Assembly (NCBI RefSeq): GCF_000455285.1
Contig: NZ_HG005296.1
Coordinates: forward strand, 31,549-55,548
Direction: 5' to 3'
From: Candidatus Stoquefichus massiliensis AP9
Lineage (GTDB): Bacteria > Bacillota_I > Bacilli_A > Erysipelotrichales > Coprobacillaceae
Length of the DNA stretch: 24,000 nt
In this document: in pieces, positions 1 to 7,913 of the stretch
Layout of the letters: every line of letters starts with the position of its first letter
How positions within the stretch are numbered: the stretch's first letter is position 1
Notes under the pieces: model-generated
Told to the model about the DNA's origin: nothing
The model's database searches: none
The model's input: the letters and a program-made list of their open reading frames with translations, nothing else
Made by a program: the position numbers and the translations under genes

Positions 1-1083
1 CCAGCTACTCTATGGTTAAAGCAAGGTGTATTTTATATTGCATCACTCATCGTGATTTTTATTATATATAAAGTTGGAAATGAACAGATTTATGATAAAA
101 TTTGGATTATCTATGGTGTATTAATGATCCTACTTGTTATTTTAGCCATTGAACATTTTATTTATACACGCATTTGGTATGGACATCATATCATTCCTTT
201 TGTTAATACTGCTGGAGGGGCGACTTCGTGGTTCAATTTACCATTCTTTAGTTTACAGCCTTCAGAATTTATGAAGATTGCGATCGTTATTGCACTCGCG
301 AGAATTACTAAGGAATATAATGATTATTACTTAGTAAGAACTTTTGAAACAGAACTCAAATATATTTTAAAATGCATGGCCGTGGTTTTACCACCAGCCT
401 TACTTGTTTATTTACAAAATGACTCAGGAGTCGTTCTCATTATTCTTGTAGGCGTTGTCTTTGTTTTGTTTTCTAGTGGATTACGCGGACAATGGTTTAC
501 TGTAGGAATCATTATAGTTGGTATTGTTATTGCAGTTGGAACTTATTTATTTATGTATCAGCCTGATATTTTTGCAAAAATTATTAGTGGACATAAATTG
601 GATCGTTTTTATGGCTGGGTAGACCCTGAAGGAACTGTTGGTAATCAAGGATTCCAATTGTTTTATTCATTGTTATCCTATGGGACAGCAGGCTGGTTTG
701 GTCATGGATTTCAAGCAGTTATCAAGGCTTTTCCAGAAGCGCAAACGGATTTTATATTTGCTGTTATTTTAACTGATTATGGTTATATTGGTGGATTATT
801 AACGGTATTAGCAATTGTAGGTTTAGATCTTGTTATCCTAAAAATTGGTTTTGATTCAACAAATGATCATGACAAGTACTTTACAATGGGTATTTTTGGT
901 ATGCTGATATTTCAGCAATTATGGAATATGGGAATGATTTTAGGTCTCCTACCAATTACTGGTATTACACTTCCTTTTATTTCTTATGGTGGCTCATCAT
1001 TATTATCATATATGATTGCCATTGGAATGTTTATAAATATGAGTAGTCAAAATAATATTGTTAAAAATAGACTTATACTTTAA
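1..1083 (+). CDS. FtsW/RodA/SpoVE (SEDS) family cell-wall polymerase, 5' end cut by window edge
   Basis: Frame 1 is open from base 1 (PATLWLKQGVFYIASL...) into the listed ORF 52..1083. Polytopic membrane protein with SEDS-type C-terminal region (GHGF..., LPITGITLPFISYGGSS). Confidence 0.85.
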   Translation, partial: PATLWLKQGVFYIASLIVIFIIYKVGNEQIYDKIWIIYGVLMILLVILAIEHFIYTRIWYGHHIIPFVNTAGGATSWFNLPFFSLQPSEFMKIAIVIALARITKEYNDYYLVRTFETELKYILKCMAVVLPPALLVYLQNDSGVVLIILVGVVFVLFSSGLRGQWFTVGIIIVGIVIAVGTYLFMYQPDIFAKIISGHKLDRFYGWVDPEGTVGNQGFQLFYSLLSYGTAGWFGHGFQAVIKAFPEAQTDFIFAVILTDYGYIGGLLTVLAIVGLDLVILKIGFDSTNDHDKYFTMGIFGMLIFQQLWNMGMILGLLPITGITLPFISYGGSSLLSYMIAIGMFINMSSQNNIVKNRLIL

Positions 1084-1109
1084 AGGGAACTTAGTCATTC
1101 CCTTTTTTT
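1083..1109 (+). terminator. Intrinsic terminator after the SEDS gene
   Basis: Stem AAGGGAA (1083..1089) / TTCCCTT (1098..1104), 8-nt loop, then a T-run to 1109. It overlaps the last codons of the convergent pseudouridine synthase gene. Confidence 0.55.
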
Positions 1110-1912
1110 ATAACTTTCAATTGTTTTGTCACGGGATGTTGAAAAGCAATCATAACACTTTCCAAATCAAAAGCACCTTTTTTATGACCATATAGTTCGT
1201 CACCAACTAAGGGATGACCAATTGCTGCCATATGAACTCGAATTTGATGAGTTCGTCCAGTTTCTAACACAAATTGTGCAAGTGATGTCTGTCCATCATA
1301 TGATAAACAACGATAATGTGTACAAGATGGTTTACCACGTTCATCTATGGTTCTTGTTATGCCTTGTCCTTCACAATAAATTGGCAGACGAATTGTTCCT
1401 TGTTCAACATAACCTTCAACATGTGCCTGATATTGGCGATAAATATGTTTGAAATCTTTCATCATCAAATCATGAATCTCACGATATTTTGCAACAATTA
1501 ATAGTCCAGACGTTTCTTTGTCTAATCTATTTACAAGATGAACTGTAGAAGAAAGATGAATTTGCTGATAATAATAAGTTAATGCATTAGCTAAGGTATA
1601 ACGTGGATGAGCTTTTGTTGGGATTGATGGTAATCCTTTAGGTTTATTAATAACTAATAGATAATCGTCTTCATAAACTATATGTAGGGGGATATTAACT
1701 GGTTCCATACTATTATTTTCATCTGGATAAACAAAAGTAACCACTTCTCCAGCCTGTAATAAATATCTAACAGTACAATGTCTATCATTCACAAGAATAT
1801 CGCCTTTCATTTTGATATCTTTGAGTCCTTTTCGACTGATACCATGTCGATATGCAAAATCATCAATCCTTGATTGATGATCTTTTTTTTCTACAATCCA
1901 TTGTCTTTTCAT
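1091..1912 (-). CDS. RluA-family 23S rRNA pseudouridine synthase (RluD/YjbO-like) with N-terminal S4 domain
   Basis: 273 aa. Shows the HRLDKETSGLL-type catalytic Asp motif (VNRLDKETSGLLIV) and GRTHQIRVH near the C-terminus. ATGA overlap with the upstream NAD kinase stop. Confidence 0.9.
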   Translation of the reverse strand: MKRQWIVEKKDHQSRIDDFAYRHGISRKGLKDIKMKGDILVNDRHCTVRYLLQAGEVVTFVYPDENNSMEPVNIPLHIVYEDDYLLVINKPKGLPSIPTKAHPRYTLANALTYYYQQIHLSSTVHLVNRLDKETSGLLIVAKYREIHDLMMKDFKHIYRQYQAHVEGYVEQGTIRLPIYCEGQGITRTIDERGKPSCTHYRCLSYDGQTSLAQFVLETGRTHQIRVHMAAIGHPLVGDELYGHKKGAFDLESVMIAFQHPVTKQLKVIKKGND

Positions 1913-2685
1913 TCGCTTAAATATGCTCTCTTTAATCTTTCAATATAAGCCACACGCTTATATTGAATAAATCTTGCTCGCTGTTTTGCTAAAGAAATAT
2001 CAACAGAGCCAGCTCCTGATAAATCAACAACCTTTGTATCTATACCCAGAATTGCTCCATCAAAATTCTCTGATTCTAAATGAATAATATGAGTCCAATC
2101 CAAAATCAAAGGTGAACCTAAAGAACGATAAGCATTATGATGAATACCAGCAATTTCACTTAACTGCATTAAACCAGCACCTGAATTAATAACTGCCCCA
2201 CCTAGTGATTTATTATATGCCGTTGAACCTGATGCTGTTGATACGCATAATCCATTTCCTCTAAATGTTTCAAAAAAATCACCATTAATATAAACCCCTA
2301 ACACTTGAGAACGTCGATTGTTTTCTAATCTCACTTCATTCAAAGCCATATATGTCTGATTATGTGTTTTCACTTCTAACAAACAGCGATTATATGTTTT
2401 AAATTCATCATGACGAATATCCGCAACCAATTCCATATATTCATCTTTTTGATAATCTGTTAAAAAGCCTAATGTACCACTATGAATACCAATAAATGAA
2501 ACTTTATCTAATTGATGAATATATTTATGGACACTATAAAGGACTGTTCCATCCCCTCCAACACTAATGACAAGTTCTGGATATTCTTCATCATAAGTCA
2601 TAAAAGTATCAAGTTCATTTTTTATTTTTTGTTCTAATGTTTTTGAACATTGATCTGGTTTACAAACAGTTGTATATCTTTTCAT
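1909..2685 (-). CDS. nadK: NAD(+) kinase
   Basis: 258 aa with the GGDGT motif (ISVGGDGTVL) and the conserved NE..LE and TASGSTAYNKS(L)GG region typical of PpnK/NadK. Confidence 0.9.
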   Translation of the reverse strand: MKRYTTVCKPDQCSKTLEQKIKNELDTFMTYDEEYPELVISVGGDGTVLYSVHKYIHQLDKVSFIGIHSGTLGFLTDYQKDEYMELVADIRHDEFKTYNRCLLEVKTHNQTYMALNEVRLENNRRSQVLGVYINGDFFETFRGNGLCVSTASGSTAYNKSLGGAVINSGAGLMQLSEIAGIHHNAYRSLGSPLILDWTHIIHLESENFDGAILGIDTKVVDLSGAGSVDISLAKQRARFIQYKRVAYIERLKRAYLSE

Positions 2686-2763
2686 TTTCCTACCCCACTT
2701 TTCTTTATTATATAATAATTGAAATATAATTCAATAAAAGATAAAATAAGATTGGTGATCAAT

Positions 2764-3324
2764 ATGGAACAAATAGAAATAGAATATAAAATATTAATAA
2801 CAGAAGATATCTTTTATCAGATTTTAAGCGATTATCATGAACAAATTAAACATGATTATATTCAAATCAATGATTATTTTACGCATCCTCTTTTACAGCA
2901 AAAAAAATATATGTTACGTATCAGAACAAAAAATAATCAATACGAAATGACATTAAAAAGACCTCTTCATAATCATCGTTTAGAAACCAATATTATTTTA
3001 ACTCCTCAGCAAAAAGAAGACTTTTACAATATGAGAAGCCTTCATAATGAGATTACTGATATTCTTAGACAAGAAAATATTCCCATCCAGGAGTTACAGC
3101 AACAATTTTCACTCACAACACATCGTTATGATATTCCCTTATTAGAAGGTATGTTGTCATTAGATATGAATACTTATCTTAATCAAGTAGATTATGAATT
3201 AGAATTTGAAGTTTTTAATGAGCAGGAAGGATATCAGAAATTCTTAGATATTATCAAACCGTATCAGCTTCATTATACAACGAATTGTGACAGTAAAATT
3301 AAAAGAGTCTTAGATGCAATCTAA
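2764..3324 (+). CDS. CYTH-domain protein (YjbK-like triphosphate tunnel metalloenzyme)
   Basis: N-terminal EIEYK signature (MEQIEIEYKILI) and C-terminal YELEFEV strand typical of CYTH. I moved the start from the TTG at 2719 to the ATG at 2764, where the conserved domain begins. Confidence 0.7.
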   Translation: MEQIEIEYKILITEDIFYQILSDYHEQIKHDYIQINDYFTHPLLQQKKYMLRIRTKNNQYEMTLKRPLHNHRLETNIILTPQQKEDFYNMRSLHNEITDILRQENIPIQELQQQFSLTTHRYDIPLLEGMLSLDMNTYLNQVDYELEFEVFNEQEGYQKFLDIIKPYQLHYTTNCDSKIKRVLDAI

Positions 3325-3333
3325 GACTCTTTT
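3301..3333. terminator. Bidirectional hairpin between convergent CYTH and YitT genes
   Basis: Perfect 13-bp stem AAAAGAGTCTTAG (3301..3313) / CTAAGACTCTTTT (3321..3333), 7-nt loop, with A/T runs on both sides. Confidence 0.6.
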
Positions 3334-4204
3334 AATCGATAGGTGCCTGATAAAACCCACCAAAGAAATTTTCAGTTTTCACAACATTAATAATAGCTTT
3401 TGGATCTACATCACGAATTAAATCAACAATATCCTGAACTTCATAACTAGAAACAACAGTATGTAATAAATTCATTGGTTTTTGACTATATCCACCCATT
3501 GCATCTACACAAGAAATACCATGACGATAATTCGCAACATATGCATCTATAACACGTTTAGAATGAGTTGTTGTGATTTGTAAGGTCATACGTTCATAAC
3601 GATGATAGAATGAATCTATTGTTCTCGTTGAGATGAATTGAAATAAGATAGAATACCCTGCATGTTCCCAGCCAAACATATACCCAAATATCACTAAAAT
3701 CAAAGTATTAAATACAAAGACATATTCCCAAATAGAACGTCCTTTACGATTCGATACGTATAAAGCTATAAAATCCGTTCCACCAGTCGAAGCATTTCCT
3801 TTTAATGCTAGCACAGTTAATAAACCATATGCAAAACCACCAAAAGCGATATTTAATAAAATATCATCAAATAAAGGTGGAAAATCAATAAATCGTAAAA
3901 ACAAACTGGCTAAAAAGACTTCTAATAATGAAAAGAACGTAAACTTTGGACTAATACTCTTATAGCATAATATAGCAACTGGAATATTCAAAAGAATCAT
4001 TCCAAGTGATACAGAAAATTGAAATCCTGCTAATGAGGTGATTTTATTAATCAAAATAGCAACCCCAGTAAAACCACTAGATAATAAATCAGCTGGTTCA
4101 ATAAATACCTTAATCACATAAGCCTGCATAAAAGCAGCAATAATCACACAGATGAGTGTAATCAATAATCTTATCTGTTTATTTTTTCTTAGTCTTCTCA
4201 TCAT
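3332..4204 (-). CDS. YitT-family membrane protein (YitT membrane domain + DUF2179-like C-terminal domain)
   Basis: 290 aa. Has an N-terminal basic stretch, then several TM helices and a soluble C-terminal domain (ITTTHSKRVIDAY...VVKTENFFGGFY). ATGATGA overlap with the cutC stop suggests translational coupling. Confidence 0.75.
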   Translation of the reverse strand: MMRRLRKNKQIRLLITLICVIIAAFMQAYVIKVFIEPADLLSSGFTGVAILINKITSLAGFQFSVSLGMILLNIPVAILCYKSISPKFTFFSLLEVFLASLFLRFIDFPPLFDDILLNIAFGGFAYGLLTVLALKGNASTGGTDFIALYVSNRKGRSIWEYVFVFNTLILVIFGYMFGWEHAGYSILFQFISTRTIDSFYHRYERMTLQITTTHSKRVIDAYVANYRHGISCVDAMGGYSQKPMNLLHTVVSSYEVQDIVDLIRDVDPKAIINVVKTENFFGGFYQAPID

Positions 4205-4941
4205 AAACTTTCTATTAACTTCCTTACTAAATCAGCACTTACAATTTCATAATCCATAATATGAGGCTTATCAACATATGCAAAACTCACATGATGTAAA
4301 GCTGTTGTAGGATCCATCATCCAATCTTTACATGAACTATGAACCTGTGATATTCCTGTTTTTTCCATTATTTCTTTTGCATTACTTGCATTTATACCAC
4401 TACCTGCAAGAATTTCTATACGATTTCCATAATCTTTTTGTAATTGTTTAATGATTTCAATACCATCGGTTGCTTTTGTTTCAAGTCCACTTGTTAAAAC
4501 ACGATCAACACCTAATTCTATCAATGTTTCAATGGCTTCAATCGGATCTTCAACACAGTCAAAAGCACGATGAAAAACAACTTCACCTTGAAAATCTTTA
4601 ATAATAGAAATCATCTGCCCTGTTCGTTTTCGATCAATATGTCCTGATTCATCTAAACATCCAAAAGCAATTCCATCAGCACCATGTTCTAACAACATCA
4701 CAGCATCATGTTTCATAACTCTAAACTCATCATCTGTATAATGAAAACCCGCCCCACGTGGGCGTACCATTGCAATAACTTTTAAATCAGTATCTTTCTT
4801 TGTTAAAACAAGTGTTGCTAAACTTGGTGTTAAACCTCCTAAATGCAATGCACTGTTCAACTCAATACGTGACGCTCCACCACGATAAGCATTTAAAGCA
4901 TCTTCATAACTACCACAACAAATTTCTACAGTTTTTTCCAT
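4201..4941 (-). CDS. cutC: CutC-family TIM-barrel protein (annotated copper homeostasis protein CutC)
   Basis: 246 aa. The N-terminus EICCGSYEDALNAYRGGASRIELNSAL is the characteristic CutC start. RBS AGGAGG lies 8 nt upstream and overlaps the M20 stop codon. Confidence 0.85.
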   Translation of the reverse strand: MEKTVEICCGSYEDALNAYRGGASRIELNSALHLGGLTPSLATLVLTKKDTDLKVIAMVRPRGAGFHYTDDEFRVMKHDAVMLLEHGADGIAFGCLDESGHIDRKRTGQMISIIKDFQGEVVFHRAFDCVEDPIEAIETLIELGVDRVLTSGLETKATDGIEIIKQLQKDYGNRIEILAGSGINASNAKEIMEKTGISQVHSSCKDWMMDPTTALHHVSFAYVDKPHIMDYEIVSADLVRKLIESL

Positions 4942-4953
4942 AAACTCAACCTC

Positions 4954-6060
4954 CTATAAATTTGCAAGATAATAGATTCCAAGTGCATATATTTTGGCAT
5001 TTGCTACAATATCATCAATCTTCATCCATTCATTAGGTTGATGACCAATGCCTTTTTGTCCTGGAAAACTTGGTCCAAATGGTACAATATTGGGCATAAG
5101 TTTTGCATAAGTTCCACCTGTTGTCGTCACTGGAGTTCCATCCATATTAGTAATTGTTTCATAAGCAATTTGCAAAGCCTTTACCATTGGACAATCTTTT
5201 TCAAATCGAACAGGGAGATAATGATGAACACATTCAACCTTGAAGTCTCCTGCTTTCTCTTGAATAGTCTTCAGCATATCATCAAGACAGGCACTTGCTG
5301 GATAAGAGAAAGTTACTGAGAATATGAGACGATGATGATTATGCTTCAATTCATAATTACGCATCTCATTCATACCAAATTCTTCATCATAGTCATCAAC
5401 ACCTAGTCTTTCACCATTAGGCTTGGCATTCATAAAATAAGTATTCACAAATGTAAAGAAATCATTAATATTTTTTTCATCAGTTGAAATCTCTATAACT
5501 GCTCTACCGCGTTCTCCATAAACAACAGGATACTTACAATCAGGTGTCCACCCCATAATTGGTGGCTTTTGATGTTTTAAATAATATTCTAAATCTTCAA
5601 ATCCAGATTCTTCATCACAACCAAAAATAATGCGTACTGGTCTCTTTAACTCTATCTGTAATAATTTTAACGCATATAAAGCATATAAACAACTCAATAG
5701 TGGTCCCTTATTATCTAAAATACCTCGAGAATAGATAAACCCATCTTTTTCATAGCCACTAAACGGTGGTTGTTTCCATCCTTCGCCAACTGGTACAACA
5801 TCTAAATGACCAATAATCCCAATATAATCATCACCTTCACCATATTGAGCCCAACCAATATAATGATCTAAATTTTCTGTATGAAAGCCTAATTCCTGTG
5901 CAAGTTTCAATACTTCATCAAGAGTTCGTGCTATATCTTTACCAAAAGGTGCATGTTTTTCTTTTTCACCTTTCACACTAGGCATACGAACAATTTTCTT
6001 AATATCTTCAATCATTTGAATAGATAATTGATCTATTTGATTTGTTATTAATGTTTCCAT
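4954..6060 (-). CDS. M20-family metallopeptidase (dipeptidase / amidohydrolase type), cytoplasmic
   Basis: 368 aa. Metal ligand motifs are present: GHLDVVP, GILDNKGP, CDEESG and a C-terminal GHQPNE. No signal peptide. The start lies 1 nt after the upstream gene's stop. Confidence 0.8.
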   Translation of the reverse strand: METLITNQIDQLSIQMIEDIKKIVRMPSVKGEKEKHAPFGKDIARTLDEVLKLAQELGFHTENLDHYIGWAQYGEGDDYIGIIGHLDVVPVGEGWKQPPFSGYEKDGFIYSRGILDNKGPLLSCLYALYALKLLQIELKRPVRIIFGCDEESGFEDLEYYLKHQKPPIMGWTPDCKYPVVYGERGRAVIEISTDEKNINDFFTFVNTYFMNAKPNGERLGVDDYDEEFGMNEMRNYELKHNHHRLIFSVTFSYPASACLDDMLKTIQEKAGDFKVECVHHYLPVRFEKDCPMVKALQIAYETITNMDGTPVTTTGGTYAKLMPNIVPFGPSFPGQKGIGHQPNEWMKIDDIVANAKIYALGIYYLANL

Positions 6061-6061
6061 A

Positions 6062-7018
6062 TTACTTCTCTTCCAATGGTGCCATTCTCGTTTTCATATA
6101 CTGATCAAGCCATTCCTGGCTCGCAACCTCATGCACACATTTCCCATCGATCATTTTTGTTAAGTAAACAGTTGGCTCTTGTAAAGCCGTTGCCACTGCA
6201 AAAGAGAAACCTTCAATATTTGTCGCAACACCCCATTCACCTTTATGATTCATTGCTATTAAAGAAAGATCTCCAGCTTTTCCTCGTCTTTGTTTTAATT
6301 CTCTATCCAAATCACAGACAGCTTTTTCACAAGCCGCTTGTGGGTGCATTCCCTCTTTCATCAATCTAACAATTTCATAAGAAATACAACCTTTCATTAA
6401 ATCTTCACCTAACCCTGTTGCACTTGCTCCACCAACTTGAGAATCAACATAGAATCCAGAACCTACAATTGGTGAGTCTCCAACACGCCCTTTTTTCTTC
6501 ATAAATAAACCACTCGTTGATGTTGCTGAAGTCATTTTTCCAAATTCATCTAAACATACCATACCGACTGTATCATGACCAGAATAGGGTTTGATTTCCT
6601 GTTCACGGACTTCTTTCATACGATTTTTAAAGTGAATTTTTGCACGTTCTGTAAGCATGTTCTTTCTTTCAAAGCCTTCTTTATGAGCAAACTTCTCTGC
6701 CCCTTCAGCAACTAACATACTATTTACTTTTTCTTGAGATAAACGTCTTGCAATGGAAATCGGATTAGCAAAATCTTTAATCGCTGCTACAGCACCCATA
6801 TCAAAAGTATCTCCATCCATAAAAGCCGCATCTAATTCAACTTCCATTTCTTCATTAGGAAGTCCACCATAACCTACTGATTTATAATACTCAAAATCTT
6901 CTACTGCCTTAATAGCTGTTTCAATAGCATCACCAGCATCTCCATGATTTGCTAAAATTTCACTTGCTTCACTAATTCCCTCAGCTGCCATACGCCATGT
7001 CGCAATAATACCCCACAT
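6062..7018 (-). CDS. Glycosylasparaginase-like Ntn hydrolase (Asparaginase_2 family; N4-(beta-N-acetylglucosaminyl)-L-asparaginase / isoaspartyl peptidase type)
   Basis: Autoprocessing/nucleophile motif GHDTVGMV followed by GRVGDSPIVGSGFY and GASATGLGEDLM. From memory this closely parallels eukaryotic and bacterial aspartylglucosaminidases (HDTIGM...GRVGDSPIPGAG). I set the start at ATG 7018 (MWGIIATW), preceded by AGGAGGT at 7026..7032. The listed TTG at 7039 lies inside that RBS. No signal peptide. Confidence 0.8.
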   Translation of the reverse strand: MWGIIATWRMAAEGISEASEILANHGDAGDAIETAIKAVEDFEYYKSVGYGGLPNEEMEVELDAAFMDGDTFDMGAVAAIKDFANPISIARRLSQEKVNSMLVAEGAEKFAHKEGFERKNMLTERAKIHFKNRMKEVREQEIKPYSGHDTVGMVCLDEFGKMTSATSTSGLFMKKKGRVGDSPIVGSGFYVDSQVGGASATGLGEDLMKGCISYEIVRLMKEGMHPQAACEKAVCDLDRELKQRRGKAGDLSLIAMNHKGEWGVATNIEGFSFAVATALQEPTVYLTKMIDGKCVHEVASQEWLDQYMKTRMAPLEEK

Positions 7019-7062
7019 ACATTTTACCTCCTTTAACAAACAAAACTGAGAATATCCCAGTT

Positions 7063-7386
7063 TTATTTTTTTGCTTTCTTCATTTCTTTAATTGCTGTTT
7101 TTAAAACCTTTTCACCATCCATTAATCCATAATCAGCAGAATCAATCACCGCAATTGGTTTTCCATTTTGACCATATCGATCAATTGTATCCTGTAATAA
7201 ATATTTTACTTGAGGTCCAAGTAAAATGCAATCAGGATTTTTAGATTCAATAATTTCTCCTAATGTTCCAATTGGAAACGCCTTGACTTCAAATGGTAAA
7301 TGATGTGCATTTGCTACATCCTGCATATTTTGGGCTAATAAACTTGTTGACATTCCATTACTACAAAATAAATAAATCTTTTTCAT
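7063..7386 (-). CDS. PTS EIIB component, lactose/cellobiose/chitobiose family (copy 1)
   Basis: 107 aa. MKKIYLFCSNGMSTSLL contains the phosphorylatable Cys, followed by the LLGPQVKY motif. Confidence 0.9.
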   Translation of the reverse strand: MKKIYLFCSNGMSTSLLAQNMQDVANAHHLPFEVKAFPIGTLGEIIESKNPDCILLGPQVKYLLQDTIDRYGQNGKPIAVIDSADYGLMDGEKVLKTAIKEMKKAKK

Positions 7387-7389
7387 TCT

Positions 7390-7728
7390 TTATTCCTCCT
7401 CTAATATTTTTGTTTCAAGACCAAAAATTCTTTGATAACAGGCATTCATCTCTTCAGCAAGAACTTTAAACTGTTCAACAGACATCACTTGATCTTGTGC
7501 ATGAATAAGTAAAAGATGATAATCATTTAAAATCCAGTTTACTTCTTCTTTGGTCAATTGATTTTGAATATCATAAACTTGAGCAAACTTATCATCGCCT
7601 TTACAAATAGACTGATTTGCTTTTTCAAAATCATTTTTTCTTGCTTCTTGAATAGATTTCATATAGTAAGCTTTTGCTTCACCAACTATTGAAATAATCA
7701 AGAAACATTTCTTAATTGATTCGTCCAT
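7390..7728 (-). CDS. PTS EIIA component, lactose/cellobiose/chitobiose family
   Basis: Small helical protein with an IHAQDQ motif carrying the conserved His. I prefer ATG 7728 (RBS AAGGGGTG 8 nt upstream) over the GTG at 7737 in the ORF track. Confidence 0.85.
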   Translation of the reverse strand: MDESIKKCFLIISIVGEAKAYYMKSIQEARKNDFEKANQSICKGDDKFAQVYDIQNQLTKEEVNWILNDYHLLLIHAQDQVMSVEQFKVLAEEMNACYQRIFGLETKILEEE

Positions 7729-7796
7729 CTTCTTCACCCCTTATCAATCACAATACTATTGTACTCTTCTTTTCTCTTTTATTCTTTTAACTGTTT

Positions 7797-7813
7797 TTCC
7801 TAGCACTTAGGAA
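7797..7813. promoter_or_regulatory. Operator palindrome S1 (TTCCTAGCACTTAGGAA) serving the EIIA operon promoter
   Basis: 17-bp inverted repeat with T/A-run flanks (7794..7816). It lies 33 nt from a minus-strand -10 TACAAT at 7758..7763. Confidence 0.6.
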
Positions 7814-7830
7814 AAATATACTTATAAGAT

Positions 7831-7847
7831 TTCCTAATAACTAGGAA
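7831..7847. promoter_or_regulatory. Operator palindrome S2 (TTCCTAATAACTAGGAA) serving the M3 peptidase promoter
   Basis: 17-bp inverted repeat, 32 nt from a plus-strand -10 TATACT at 7880..7885. Its centre is 34 bp from the centre of S1. Confidence 0.6.
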
Positions 7848-7913
7848 AAACATTTCAAATATCTTTTTGTTATTTCCTTTATACTTATCAATAGAACAAA
7901 GGAGGTATAACAT

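Noticed and set aside
1222-1501. Plus-strand ORFs of 76 and 61 aa inside the pseudouridine synthase gene
   Set aside because: They are antisense to a well-supported conserved CDS. They have no RBS, low-complexity translations and no recognisable motifs.
2719-2763. N-terminal extensions in the ORF track (2719 TTG, 7039 TTG, 7737 GTG, 12009 ATG, 14025 ATG, 16361 ATG)
   Set aside because: In each case a downstream ATG has a properly spaced Shine-Dalgarno sequence and coincides with the start of the conserved domain. Several of the extensions contain the RBS itself or overlap the upstream gene.
5038-6369. Plus-strand ORFs 5038..5319 and 6076..6369
   Set aside because: They are antisense shadows of the M20 and Ntn-hydrolase genes. 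Their translations are Ser/Leu/His-rich with no domain signature.
7042-7064. Hairpin AAAACTG / CAGTTTT between EIIB copy 1 and the Ntn hydrolase gene, considered as an internal attenuator
   Set aside because: It has only 7 mostly A-T base pairs and a 9-nt loop. On the transcribed (minus) strand it is followed by GTTTGTT rather than a clean U-run. That is too weak to call.
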